Positions 11,757 to 24,320 of a DNA stretch of 60,000 nt are shown here, piece after piece. The stretch comes from Malacoraja senta. Taxonomy: Eukaryota. Numbering within the stretch: position 1 is the stretch's first letter; each line of letters starts with the position of its first letter. The stretch is from assembly GCA_038087875.1 (NCBI GenBank), contig CM075989.1, positions 18,540,001-18,600,000 of the forward strand, read 5' to 3'. A program made the position numbers and the translations under genes. Under the pieces are notes generated by a model. It was not told the DNA's origin and did not search any database. It was given only the letters and a program-made list of their open reading frames with translations.

Positions 11757-12177
11757 TCGCTAGAAGTTAGGAGATTGAGAGGGGATCTTATAGAAACGTA
11801 CAAAATTCTTATGGGGTTGGACAGGCTAGATGCAGGAAGATTGTTCCCGATGTTGGGGAAGTCCAGGACAAGGGGTCACAGCTTAAGGATAAGGGGGAAA
11901 TCCTTTAAGACCGAGATGAGGAAAAACTTTTTCACACAGAGAGTGGTGAATCTCTGGAACTCTCTGCCACAGAGGGTAGTTGAGGCCAGTTCATTGGCTA
12001 TATTTAAGAGGGAGTTAGATGTGGCCCTTGTGGCTAAGGGGATCAGGGGGTATGGAGAGAAGGCAGGTACGGGATACTGAGTTGGATGATCAGCCATGAT
12101 CATATTGAATGGCGGTGCAGGCTCGAAGGGCCGAATGGCCTACTCCTGCACCTATTTTCTATGTATCTATGTATCTA
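11757..12177 (+). mobile_element. Young CR1 3' fragment
   Basis: RGDLIETYKIL...GYGEKAGTGY*, near-identical to 23036-23337 and 52753-53325; tail ctatgtat. Confidence 0.92.
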
Positions 12178-12249
12178 ATACCGATTCAATGGGCTGAAGG
12201 GCCTGTTTCATGCTGTGTGACTCCATCACGGTAACCCCATGAACTTCTT

Positions 12250-12472
12250 CATATGGAGTATGTACGTTCTCCCGGTGACCGTGTGGGTTTTCTCCAGGTG
12301 CTTTGGTTTCCTCACACACTCCAAATACATGTAGATTTGTACGTTAAATGGCTTCAGTAAATTTCCCCTTGTGTGTGGCAAGCAAAACTAGGTCTAACAT
12401 AGAAGTAGTGTACGGTATGATCATTGATCGGTGTGGGCTGAAGGTGTGTTTGCATGCTGTAGCTCTAAACTA
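12250..12472 (+). mobile_element. Diverged, 5'-truncated V-SINE
   Basis: V-domain gtgggttttctccaggtgctttggtttcctcacacactccaaa and tail ctctaaactaa. Confidence 0.75.
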
Positions 12473-13490
12473 AGTATATGCATAACCCAGCCCGGGAAGG
12501 GAACATACTGGACCTTGCGTTGGGAAATGAGCCAGGCCAGGTGGCTGCTGTTTCAGTGGGAGAGCATTTTTGATCTTGTGATCACAACTCCATAAGTTTT
12601 AAGGAAAGACACAAAATGCTGGGACAACTTGGTGGGTCAGGCAGCATCCCTGGCAAACCTGGATAACTGACATTTTTCAACCAGAGATGCTGCCTGACCC
12701 GCTGAGTTACTGCAGCTCTTTGAGTCTATCTTCGTGTAATCCTGTCCCACATGAATCTTTCCCAGTGAGGGTATATTAGTCCAGAAGTTGCTTTTGGACA
12801 GCGTGAACTCCATAGCATGCATCTTTTTCTCGAGAAAGTGCACTTATTATATTTGAAATAATGAGGAGAAAGCTTTCTTTGTAATATTACTATCTGCACC
12901 CTGTGAGACACATAGAGGTACAATTCAATAACAATATTAATGTCAATAGTGCCAATTAACTTCAATTTGGCTCCTGACCTACCAACTTTGCCTCCCTGTT
13001 TGGAAGGCTATTTTATTCCTACTGGTCTTCTGAGGATTTTGCTCCGAGCAATATCATCGTACAACGTGGTAACTTAACCCAGCTGTGTCTTTGCTAATAT
13101 ATATTTTTTCTTTCGCTGGAATTTATTTCCTCCTTTGCTAATTCTCCATCTCTTGTGAGTTGTGCCTCCAGGCTGGATATTTGCTCAGTCAGAGAGAAGC
13201 GGTAGGGAGGCTACTTTTGATTCTGGGGAGCCCACTGGAGAAAGGATTTCGGAATAGCCTGCAGTTTGTATCTTCAGGAGGTTGCTTTTGTTTGCCGTCC
13301 TGTGCCAGCCGTTTTAAAGACTGCAAGCCTCGCCTACAGCACTTGGCAGTGGCTATGTTGGCCTGTGAACACCAGCTGAGTGTGCTGCAAACATTCAGTG
13401 GGTCAGGCAGCATCTGTGGTGGGAGACACTTTGCAGGCACTTTGCAAGGGTGGGTGTAGTTGGAAGGGAGAGTGTAGAGTGTGATGGGGA

Positions 13491-13790
13491 GTTTAGCGAT
13501 TGCAGCGTGGAAATGGTCCCTTCGGCCCACCGAGTCCACTCTGACCATCGAGCACCCATACGCTAGTTCTATGCCTACTCATCCTACACTCAGGGGCAAT
13601 TTACAGAAGCCTATTAACCTCCAAACCTGCTCATCTTTGGAATGTGGGAGGAAACCGGAGCACCTGGAGAAAACCCACGTTGTCACAGGGAGAACGTACA
13701 AACTGACTACAGACAGGACCCGCAGTCAGGTCCAAACCTGGGTCTCTGGCGCTGTGAGGCAGCAACTCTCTGCTGCGCCACTTTGCCACC
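13491..13790 (-). mobile_element. V-SINE
   Basis: Head, V-domain and tail all present. Confidence 0.82.
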
Positions 13791-13849
13791 CCTTTTAAGT
13801 AGAGGAGTGGAAGTTAATATTGTTGTGTTGGTAATTTGATTTTCAAAGG

Positions 13850-14380
13850 TCTTTTACTGTCACGTGTACCGATTAATGTACAGGGACATGCAAATTACCA
13901 TGCAGCCATACTAAAGAAAAAGCAACAAGACACACAGCTACATACAAGTTAACATAAACATCCACCACAGCAGATTCCCCACATTCCTCACTGTGATGGA
14001 AGGCAAAAAACTCCAATCTTCTTCCTCTTTATTCTCCAGCAGTCGGGGCAGTCTAACCATCCGTCGGGGCGATCAAAGCCCCCACAGCCGGTGGTTGAAG
14101 CTCCCGCGTCAGGGTGATCAAAGCCCTCGCATCGGGGAGATCGGTGCTCTCGGTCTTTAATCAGAGACGGACGGAGATACGATACGAGAAAAAAATCGCA
14201 TCTCCGTCGAGGTAAGAGATTAGAAAAAGATTCCCCCAACCCCCCCCCCCCCCTCCCCCAGATAAATCAAACCAAAGAACACTGAAAACATACATTTAAC
14301 ACATACTATTAAAACATCAAAGAAGGAAGGGACAGACAGACTGTTGGTGAGGCAGCCATTGCTGGCGCCACCCAGTGGAG
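13850..14380 (-). mobile_element. Unclassified GC-rich non-autonomous retroposon
   Basis: Core ctcactgtgatggaaggcaaa, poly-C run, Rex1-like tail gtacacgtgacagtaaa; colinear with 34511-35300. Confidence 0.6.
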
Positions 14381-14667
14381 TAATTGATTACCTGAGCTAA
14401 ATGGTATAAGATGGTCCTTGTGTTTAGAGATACAGAGTTTAGATGCTTAAGTAATTGTTAAATGGTGAGGGTGGGTAATGTTGACATTTGAAGGAACCAG
14501 TACCCCAGTCACTGAACGTCACTATACAAATGCAGCAAGCAAGTTGGAGGATCATTAGTCTATTAGCCCTTGAGGGAGGATGTAAGTACAGGAGGAAAGA
14601 TGTCTTGTTGCAGTTACACGGGGCATTGCTGCGACTGACTCAAATTGCGTACACTTTTAGTCTCAAA

Positions 14668-14936
14668 GTTTAGTTTAGAGATACAGCGAAGAAACAGGCC
14701 TTTTGACCCACTGAGTCGACATTGACCAGCGATCCCCGCTCATTAACTCTGTCCTACACACACACTAGGGACAATTGTTTACATTTATACCAAGCTAATT
14801 AACCTACAAACCTGTACGGCTTTGGAGTGTGGGAGGAAACCAAAGATCTCGGAGAAAACCCACGCGGTCACGGGGAGAATTTGCAAACTCCGTTCAGACA
14901 GCACCCGTAGTCAGGATCGAACCAGGGTCTCTGGCA
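14668..14936 (-). mobile_element. V-SINE inserted in an old CR1 fragment (~14540-15110)
   Basis: Tail, V-domain and B box present; the flanks encode CR1 motifs (YRRKDVLLQL / SLEFRRMR). Confidence 0.82.
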
Positions 14937-15505
14937 CCGCTGCATCACTGTGCTGCCTAGTTATTGCCATGGAGGGAGTGCAGGGGACACTCTCTAGACT
15001 GGTGGATGGGGATGTTTGCTATACAAAGTGAGACTGAGATAAGCCTATGTTCTCTGGAGTTCAGAAGAATGAGGCATAATCTCGTTGAAACTTGCAACAT
15101 TATTTCGGGGCTTGGTGCCAAGTTTAGAAAAGTAATTCCCAGAAAATGTATAATGTTCATCCAAAGAAATTGGGGGGTCCTCAAGATTCCAGAATTGGAC
15201 GAGCAGGGATTTCATCAAAAGGATGTCAAACCTGCTTGGTCTTTTAATAAAATCATGGCTGATTGTTGGTCCATCTACTCTTGGTAACTTTTCACATCTT
15301 TGATAAGTGTACGTGTACCTCTACTGGTAACCTAATGATGTTCAAAGACATTGCTTCCAACATTTGAGGAAGAGGCTTCCAGAGGCCCTCTGTAAGAATG
15401 TCACATCTATAACAATAATGTTTTGCCTCATCCATAACCTAACATGGTTATCTGCAATTTGTGAACGTTGGTCTATAAGAAGAAACATTCTCTCCCCTTC
15501 TTAAC

Positions 15506-15810
15506 GCCAGCATGGTGGCGCAGCGACAGAATTGCTGCCTTACAGCGCCAGAGACCTGGGTTCCATCCTGATCATGGGTGCGGTCTGTACGGAGTTTGTA
15601 CGTTCTCACTGTGTCCGTGACCTCGTGGGTTTTCTCCGGGAGTCCCGGTTTCCTCTCACACCTCAAAGACGAACAGGTTTGTCGGTTAATTGGCTTAAGT
15701 AAAACTGTAAATTGTCCCTAGTGTGTAGGATAGTGCCAGTGTACGGGGTGATCGCTGGTCAGCATGGACTCAGTGGGCCGAAGGGCCTGTTTCCATGCTG
15801 TATCGCGAAA
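15506..15810 (+). mobile_element. V-SINE
   Basis: A box tggcgcagcg, B box ggttccatcc, V-domain, tail. Confidence 0.85.
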
Positions 15811-16074
15811 GTCAACCCAATTAAGACCTCTTTAGGATCATTTGTTTCACTTTCAGTCCATAGCAGACTATCAAATGATGATGCCTGTCCCGCTGAGTTA
15901 CTCTAGCATTTTATGTCTATCTTCGGTATAAACCAGCATCTGCAGTTCCTTCCTACACATCCCGTCTGCTCCACTAGGAAATCTCCTCAAGGTGTGCCTA
16001 CTTCAAAGAAGTTCTCCTTTCTCCGACGGGAATTCACACATAGCCCTTCCATATCTGTCTCCCTCTCACGACCC

Positions 16075-16170
16075 TCAGTCTGATGAAGGGTCTCGACCCA
16101 AAACGTCACCCATTCCTTCTATCCAGAGATGCTGCCTGTCCTGCTGAGTTACTCCAGCATTTTGTCTATC
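16075..16170 (+). mobile_element. Penelope-like fragment with CTGATGA hammerhead motif
   Basis: ctgatgaagggtctcgacccaaaacgtc (GAAA mutated to AAAA). Confidence 0.75.
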
Positions 16171-16270
16171 AAATCAGTGATTTGGAACCGTTCTAAATTT
16201 GAACAGGAAGCTCCAATAGTAAGTTGAGACAATCTTACAAGAGGAAGAGGAGTTTCTTTTGGCATAGTTA

Positions 16271-16874
16271 AAGGCCTGTCTCACGAATCTGCGGTCATTG
16301 GCAGCGAAACGGGAAGAATCTGCCGCCATAGACCGCGCACTCGTGAGAACGTACAATTCCCGGGCCGTGCGGCGGTGTTCCCAACACCGCGCGGTGCTAA
16401 AATAAAATCGACAATGTTGAAAACACTATACTCACCGCACAACCTCCACCAGTGATGCACAAGTGCGGCACGGCCGCTCGCACGGGCCGCCGCCAGTGTG
16501 GGTCGAGCGCCGTGCGTCAAACCTCCTCTGCCACAGCCTCCGCCAGTGAGGCATGTGCCGCCGCCAGTGAGGCACGTGTGCTGCGTGGCCGCAGTCACAG
16601 CCACCGCTACAGCGCCGCGATCAGGATGGCCACTGCCACAGCCGCCGCTAGTGAGTCACGTGCGGCGGGCCGACGTCATCGCAGTCGGCCCGCCCTTTTT
16701 TTACTTACCGCAAGCACGTGGGACCCGCCGTGTTTGAATTAACTCGGCCCCCGCGCAACATCCGTGCGGCGCTCCGGTGGATAGGCTCGACGCTCTCGCC
16801 GTTGCCGCGCGGTCCTCGCTACCGGCGACGCCGCGCTTCACCGCCGATGACCGCAAACAGGTAAGACAGAGCCT
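16271..16874. mobile_element. GC-rich PIF/Harbinger-type MITE, copy A
   Basis: Ends aaggcctgtctcacga ... taagacagagcct; flanked by TTA at 16268-16270 and 16875-16877. Confidence 0.8.
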
Positions 16875-16877
16875 TTA

Positions 16878-17410
16878 AGGCTCTGTCCCACAGGTTTGCG
16901 GTCATTGGCGGTGAAGTGCGGCGTCGCCGGAAGAGGGGACCGCACGGCAACCACGAGAGCGCCGCACGGATGCTGCGCGGGGGCCGAGTGATCTCCGTAC
17001 GGCCGGTTCCACGAGCTTGCGGCGTCGGGTGATGACGTCATCGCGCAACGCGACGCGCTACGCGATGACGTCTTTCGGATCGCGGGGCTGTGGCGGTGAC
17101 CGTGCCGCACTCGTGCCTCACTGGCGGCGGCTGTGGCGGCGGCCGTGCCTCACTGGCGGCGGCTGTGGCGGTGAAACTTCGACTCACGGCGCTCGTGCCG
17201 CACTGGCGGCGGCTGTGGCGGTGACCGTGCCGCACTCGTGCCTCACTGGCGGCAAGAAATTATTTTTAGACAGTGTTGACTTTTTGTGAGCCCGGCACCG
17301 CACGGCCTCGGCGGTGTGCGTTTGACCGAACCCGCGGTCTCTGGCGGTCCACGAGCGGTAGATACTTCCTGTATCACCGCCAATGACCGCAGACTCGTGA
17401 GACAGGCCTT
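16878..17410. mobile_element. GC-rich PIF/Harbinger-type MITE, copy B (inverted relative to A)
   Basis: Ends aggctctgtcccac ... tcgtgagacaggcctt; TTA at 16875-16877 and 17411-17413. Confidence 0.8.
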
Positions 17411-17754
17411 TTATCCTTTATCTCTCAGCAATCACTGGACACATGCTGACTGTTGCAGCAATTGGGATCTTTCAAACAAGCCTGCCCCCTCCTGATGAAC
17501 AAGGGAACAACAATTACAACTGAAGATAGACACAAAATGCTGGAGTAACTCAGCGGGACAGGCAGCATCTCTGGAGAGAAGGAATGGGTAACATTTCAGG
17601 TCGATCCTTCTTCAGACTGATGTCAGCGGAGAGGGAGATACATAGATAAGGAAGTGTAAGGTGTGAAAATAGGACAAAGGGAATGTAGATCAAGGAAAAT
17701 GTAGAATGGATCATTGTTAGTTAGTAACAACTAAGCAAACAGAGATAAAATGTA

Positions 17755-18025
17755 AGGTAGACAAAAATGCTGGAGAAACTCAGTGGGTGCAGCAGCATCT
17801 ATGGAGCGAAGGAAATAGGCAACGTTTCAGGCCAAAACCCTTCTTCAGACTACAATTAACCTACAAACAATTTATTGGATAATTTATTACATACTGTCTG
17901 AAGAAGGGTTTCGGCCCGAAACGTTGCCTATTTCCTTCGCTCCATAGATGCTGCTGCACCCGCTGAGTTTCTCCAGCATTTTTGTGTACCTTCGATTTTC
18001 CAGCATCTGCAGTTCCTTCTTAAAC
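17755..18025. mobile_element. Inverted-pair Penelope insertion with intact hammerhead core
   Basis: Fold-back arms 17755-17850 and 17896-17990; aaacagagataaaatgta duplicated at 17737-17754 and 18022-18039. Confidence 0.82.
17898..17925 (+). ncRNA. Minimal type I hammerhead ribozyme motif
   Basis: CUGAAGA-A-[GGGU UUCG GCCC]-GAAA-C-GUU; stem I is weak. Confidence 0.55.
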
Positions 18026-18164
18026 AGAGATAAAATGTAGTCGGAGACAGTAAGACAGGTCGGAGAACTGGGAAGGGATGGAGAGAGAGGGAAAGCAAGG
18101 ATTACTTGAAGTTAGAGAAGTTAATGTTCATACCGCTGGGGTGTCAGCTGCCCAAGCGAAATAT

Positions 18165-20645
18165 TTTTTATTTTTTAAATTTTTTTTAAATTTTATTTAT
18201 TAGAAGCACATTACGTTACAACCACATCCATTAGTACTCGTCACATATATTTTATTATAATTAATGTACTCCGTTTGTTTTGTTTTTTACATTAATAAAG
18301 GGAGAGGATAAGATTAAGAGAAAGAGGAAAGTGAAGGAAAAGGTGAAAGTGTAAAAAAAAAAAAAACCGTGACAACAAGAAAGAACAAAGACCCTATAAG
18401 AAAAAGAGTTAAGATGTAGACCCTAGAAAAGAAGAAGAAAAAGAGAAAGGAAAAAGAGAAGAACAAATACCTTTTTTATCAGCATCCCGCAAATGGGACA
18501 TACCAAATCTCCAATTTTCATCCCCCCCCCTACCCGACCTCAGTTTTTTTTTAAGTACCTTTGCACCCTATATTTGTAATAATTCTATAAATGCCGACCA
18601 CGTCAGATGGAAGTGATCTGGTTTACCTGCCAGGAGGAGTCTTATCTCTTCTAGGTGTAATGTTTCGAACATATTTGAAATCCACATGTTTATAGTTGGT
18701 ATTGGAGCGTTTTTCCAAAATTTTAGGATTAACTTTTTTCCAGTTATTTACCCATAGTCTATTGGTTTCTTTTGAAACACATTTAGTTCTGGACTATCTT
18801 CCGTTATTCCGAAGATAATCCATTCTGCTTTGGGTATCAGTTTTATTTTAAATAATTTTGTAAAGATTTCAAAAATGTCAATCCAAAATTTTTGAATTTT
18901 TGTACAAAAGACAAATGAGTGCGCTATAGTAGCTTCTTGAGATTGACATTTATCACAGTTTGATGATATATTTGGGAAAATTTTATGGATTTTAGTTTTA
19001 GAATAGTATAATCTACGTAAAATTTTGAATTGTATTAAAGTATGTCTTACATTTATCGAACATTTATGCACTTTTAATAAGTATTCATTCCACTTTTCCT
19101 TTGAGATTTTAATAGCTAAATCTTGTTCCCATTCTCTTCTAATACCTTCCGTAGATGGTATTTCTACATTTAAGATAATATTATACAAATATGATATTGA
19201 ATTTGCTGAATCAGCTTTTATCTGCATTGCATCATCCAAAACATCTGCTGAGCTATTATAATGATCTTTTATATATTTTTTCAAATAGTCACATATTTGA
19301 AAATATTTAAAATATTGATTATTTCCAAGTTTATATTTTATTTGTAATTGCTGAAATGATAGTAATTTTCCAGTTTCATACAGGTCACCGAACGTTTTAA
19401 TTCCTAGTCTATCCCATTGTATGAAGGCTTTATCTGTAGTAGAGGGATTAAACAAATGGATTAACTATGGGAGATAAAAGTGAAAAATTTCTTAATTTTA
19501 AATTTTGTTTTATTTGTTTCCAAATTCTGATTGTACTATGTATGATTGGGTTCTTATTATAGTTTATGTTATTCAGTTTCGTTGGTGAGAGGAGGATCGC
19601 TCCAATGTTTCTAGAGGAGCAGTCCTCTCTCTCCATTACAATCCAATCCACTTGCTGAGCAAAATTATCCATCAGTTGAATCATATTTTTAATATTTACT
19701 GACCAATAATAATACATGAAATTAGGGAGTGCTAAGCCCCCTAGTACTTTGGGTTTGTTCAGGTGTGTTCTTTGTATTCTATGTGATTTATAGTCCCATA
19801 TAAAATTAGTAATGTCTGAGTCCAGTTTAAAAAAAAACTTCTTTGGTAAGTATATAGGAATCGATTGAAATAGGTATAAAGTTAGTGGAAGAAAGATCAT
19901 TTTTATTGCATTTATTCGGCCTATTAAAGACATCGGGAGCGTTTTCCAAAATTTAATTAATGTATTTAATTTATTAAGTAAAGGCTCAAAATTTGCTTTA
20001 AACATACCTTGATATGTTCTGGTAATTTCGATTCCCAGGTATTTAAATTTTTCTGTAGCTATTTTAAAAGGGAATTTTAAAAGATGTGTTGAGTCTTTCG
20101 GTTTTATTGACATAATTTCACTTTTATTCCAATTTATTCTGTATCCAGAAAAAGATCCAAAGTCTTCAATTAAGTTTAATATATTTGGTATAGTGATTTG
20201 AGGTTTTGTAATGTACAGTAATATATCATCCGCGTATAAAGATATTTTATTATTTGAGTATTTAGTATTATACTCATGGATATCGGGATGTATTCTAATT
20301 TTTTCTGCTAGCGGTTCAATTATAAGAGCAAACAACTGTGGTGATAATGAGCACCCTTGTCTATTTCCCCTTGATAGTTGAAATTTCGAAGTTAATATAT
20401 TATTAGTTAATATTCTAGCTGTAGGTTTATTATATAGTAATTTAATCCATAAAATAAAATTCTTTCCCAATTGGAATTTTTCTAATACTTTATCCATATA
20501 ATTCCATTCTACTTGATCAAATGCTTTTTCAGCGTCCAGCGAAATAATTGATAATTCTTGTTCTTCAAATTTATGTGAATGCACTATATTGAGTAAACGT
20601 CTCATATTATTAGCTGAGCATCTCTTCGGGATAAACCCCGTCTGA
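18165..20645 (-). mobile_element. 5'-truncated L1-clade LINE with poly(A) tail
   Basis: 15-bp TSD gcccaagcgaaatat (18150-18164 / 20665-20679), AATAAA and A-rich tail at 18165-18201, AT-rich ORF2. Confidence 0.93.
18568..20643 (-). pseudogene. L1 ORF2 (RT + CCHC domain), truncated and frameshifted near 19450 and 18770
   Basis: QTGFIPKR, SLDAEKAFD, GNRQGCSLSP, ISLYADDILLY, YLGI, CDKC-x8-H-x4-C. Confidence 0.92.
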
Positions 20646-22019
20646 AATATGCACCTTATATTCCGCCCAAGCGAAATATAAGGTGGAGTTCCTACAATTT
20701 GCGCTGGGCCTCACTCTGCCCAGGACAGAAAGGTTACAACTGGTTGCTTCACTACACGCATCATTAAATCCTGACACATTAGTGTCACTTGAATTTGACC
20801 TAGAAATATGTAATAAATTCTCTAATAAATTATCTAATAAATTCTCACATCATCAAAACTTAACATTTAAACAGGCAAGCTTGCAGCACAGAACAAAACA
20901 ATTTTTTTTAAACCCTCAGTGATAGCTTTACTTGAAATGATCATTAAGAAATGTCATAGCTGTAGTCAACTTGACAGACAATCTACAGGTCATCTACTTA
21001 AAGAATTTATTACATTGCAGGATGAATTGTACAATTACTGACTCGTTGGAACAGCAGTTAAACAGTCAAAATGGATTGATATTCCAATGTGATAACACAG
21101 CTCTGTGACTTGCTTAGAATCAATTGTTGGGCCATTCCCAGCCAGAGTTGAGATAATCTCATGTTATATCAAAGCACATCCTTCGTGTTGTGAGAGAGCT
21201 TCTCGCAACTGCAGCATTGGGTTTCCAAGTCTCTGATAATAGTCTGCATGAATCTATACCATCGTATCATCAATCTGTCCTCTGCTTCCAAGTACCAGCC
21301 CTGCAGGCATTCCTTGGTCTAAGTCAATGAGCTGGATACCCCCCCCCCCCCCCCCCCCCATCCTTGTACTTGCCTCAACTACCTTCTCTGGCACCTTGCT
21401 CCATAAACCCACCACCCTCCGAGTGGAAAAATCTGTTCCTCGGGTTCCTATGAAATCTTTCCCCACTCACTTTAAACCTATGTTCCCTGGTACTTGACTT
21501 CCCTACCTTGGAAACAGAATAGATCAGAGACAGATACAGAATATTGAAACCAGGAACTGCAGATTCAGGTTTACCAAGAAAAGCCACAAAATGCTGGAGT
21601 AACTCAGTGGGTCGGGCAGCATCCCTGATAATGCTGATGGTACTTCACTGTACCCAGGTATATAGCTACATGTGACAATAGTCACATGTACCTACTGTAT
21701 ATACCTGGGTACAGTGAAATTCTTTGCTTTGCATGCACTGCAGTAAATTCATACAACAGATAAGCACAAGCATAGATAAGTACAAAGGCAATTGTCTAAT
21801 ACAGTAGACTTAACTGAGTTGCCACATTTCTGGCTCCCACAAAGTTTCAAGAGTGCAGCCTTAAAGGCCCATTGGAATGGATCTGCAGTACCTTGTGTCC
21901 ACAGTTAGTTTCTACAATGTCAATGGATGAGCCAGCCCTCGGCCTTTGTAGGGCCCTCGGACACCAGCTTGCAGCGCTCAGCAAGCACAGAAAGGACTCC
22001 ACTTGTTGATGTGACAAGA

Positions 22020-22545
22020 TCAGAGCATTTGGAGTGATACAACACAAATGGGCCCTTTGCCCAACCTGTCCATGCCCATCAAGATGCCTGATTTAAGCTA
22101 GTCCCATTTGCCAGCGTTCGGTCCAGATCACTCTAAACCTTTCCTATCCATGTACCTGTTGCTGTACTTGCCTCAACTACATCCTCTGGCACCTTGCTCC
22201 ATATACTCACCACTAGAAAATCTGTTCCTTGGGTTCTTATTAAATCTTTCCCCACTCACTTTAAATCTATGTTCTCTGGTTCTTGACTCCCCTAACCTGG
22301 GTAAAAAGACACTGTACATTGACGCTATCAATTCCCCTCATGATTTTAAATTCCTCTAAGATCACCCCTTGGTCACCTCCTGTGCTCCAAGGAATAAAGT
22401 CCTAGCCTGCCCGATCTCTCGCTAAACTCAGGCCCCTGTGTCCTGGCAGCATCCTCGTAAATCTACTATTCACTGTGAAGGTCTTGCCTTGGTTGGACTT
22501 CCCAAAATGCAACCCCTCTTGCTCCTCTGCATTGAACTCCCTGTC
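22020..22545 (-). mobile_element. Old CR1 3' fragment
   Basis: Minus-strand homology to the CR1 C-terminus/3' UTR; similar piece at 21370-21520. Confidence 0.75.
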
Positions 22546-22838
22546 CAAATGTCTTGAGGTTGTTAATGTTCCATTGGAGGTTTAACAATGGCAAACCTGT
22601 ACACTTGCATTTCAACACAATTACAGAAGCTGCAGTTTGTAATACCCTAATTAACCACAGGAAATCAATTAAACTTCCATTTTTATGGACTATTCTTGAT
22701 GTAAAAAGACTCTTAAAAAAAGTTAACCTCTTTGAATTAAAGGTAACTGAGCTTTAAGTACCATATTGTAAGTGGTGTAGACACAAAGCTGGAGTAACTC
22801 AGCGGGACAGGAAGAATCTCTGGAGAGAAGGAATGGGT

Positions 22839-22866
22839 GACGTTTCGGGTCGAGACCCTTCTTCAG
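22839..22866 (-). ncRNA. Minimal hammerhead motif in Penelope fragment (22778-22870)
   Basis: Reverse complement ctgaaga-a-gggtctcgaccc-gaaa-c-gtc, core intact. Confidence 0.55.
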
Positions 22867-23035
22867 ACTGTGATGTAGCACTATTTCTTGGTAATACTAC
22901 GAAATGGAATCGTACAGCAAGGAAACAGACCCTTCGGCCCAATTCATCCATGCTGACCAAGGTTCCCTATCAAAGCTAATCCCATTTGCCTGAGTTTGGT
23001 TCATATCCATCTAAACCTTTCCTATCCATGTACCT

Positions 23036-23337
23036 AGATACATAGATACATAGAAAATAGGTGCAGGAGTAGGCCATTCGGCCCTTCGAGCCTGCACCGC
23101 CATTCAATATGATCATGGCTGATCATCCAACTCAGTATCCCGTACCTGCCTTCTCTCCATACCCCCTGATCCCTTTAGCCACAAGGGCCACATCTAACTC
23201 CCTCTTAAATATAGCCAATGAACTGGCCTCAACTACCCTCTGTGGCAGAGAGTTCCAGAGATTCACCACTCTCTGTGTGAAAAAGTTTTTCCTCATCTCG
23301 GTCTTAAAGGATTTCCCCCTTATCCTTAAGCTGTGAC
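23036..23337 (-). mobile_element. Young CR1 3' end nested in an older CR1 3' UTR
   Basis: Near-identical to 11876-12177. Confidence 0.92.
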
Positions 23338-23589
23338 AATGTCTTTTAGTGGGACAGGTTTAGAGGGATGTGGAACCTGTGTAGATTGGACATGTTGGCC
23401 TGTGTGAGCAAGTTGGGCCAAAGGGCCTGTTTCCACGTTGTAAGACTCTATGACTCTAATGTTATCGTTGTATCTTTTTCAACTACTTCCTCTGGCAGCT
23501 CTGACATTTAATAAAATCATTAAATATTTTCCACCTCAGATGTTGTTGCCAGGCTTACGAGTAGCTCAGATATAATCTTTCAACTATTA

Positions 23590-24320
23590 CAAAAATGATT
23601 CCAGGGATGACTGGATTGTATGAAGAGCATTTGAAGGCTCTGGGCCTGTATCCACTGGAGTTTAGAAGGAAATCTACCAGACAATGAAAGGCCTAGATTG
23701 AGTGGATGTGGAGAGGATGTTTCCAGTAGTGGGAGAGTCTAAGACCAGAGGGCACAGCATCAGAATAAAAGGACGTACCTTTTAGAATGGAGATGAGAAG
23801 GATTTTTCTTTAGTCAGAGGGTGGTGAATCTGTGGAATTCATCGCCACAGAGGGCTGTGGAGGCCAAGTCAATGAGTACTTTTAAAGTACAGGTTGGTAG
23901 GTTCTTGATTAGAAAGGACATCAAAGGTTACATGATGTAGGGGTAACATGAGGGGGAACTTCTTTACTCAGAGAGTGGTAGCTGTGTGGAATGAGCTTCC
24001 AGTGGAAGTGGTGGAGGCAGGTTCGATTTTATCATTTAAAAATAAATTGGATAGTTATATGGACGGGAAAGGAATGGAGGGTTATGGTCTGAGCGCAGGT
24101 ATATGGGACTAGGGGAGAATACGTGTTCGGCACGGACTAGAAGGGTCGAGATGGCCTGTTTCCGTGCTGTAATTGTTATATGGTTATATGGTTATATGGT
24201 TACAGGGAGAAGGCACGAGAATGGGGTTGAGGGGGAAAAATAGATCAGCCATGATTGAATGGCGGAGCAGACTTTTTGGGCCTAATGGCCTAATTCTCCT
24301 CCTATGCCTTGTGGTCTTAT
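23590..24320 (+). mobile_element. CR1 3' fragment with a second CR1 subfamily nested at ~23938-24200
   Basis: Inner copy has (ttatatgg)n tail and a ggttaca duplication; it is near-identical to 48785-49060. Confidence 0.85.

Larger units (their letters stand above)
17520..20712 (-). mobile_element. Penelope-like 3' fragment (GIY-YIG end + pseudo-LTR) hosting an L1 insertion and a second Penelope insertion
   Basis: Halves 17520-18164 and 20665-20712 join to HLIFRLGS..PSGMNINFSNFK*, homologous to 33170-33242. Confidence 0.78.

Noticed and set aside
14321..14385. Possible ribozyme at the 5' end of the GC-rich retroposon
   Set aside because: Could not assemble P1/P2/P3 or a hammerhead core by hand.
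16281..17289. Ala/Arg/Gly-rich ORFs and possible gene promoter CpG island
   Set aside because: Entirely bounded by MITE TIRs and TTA duplications; the ORFs reflect GC content.
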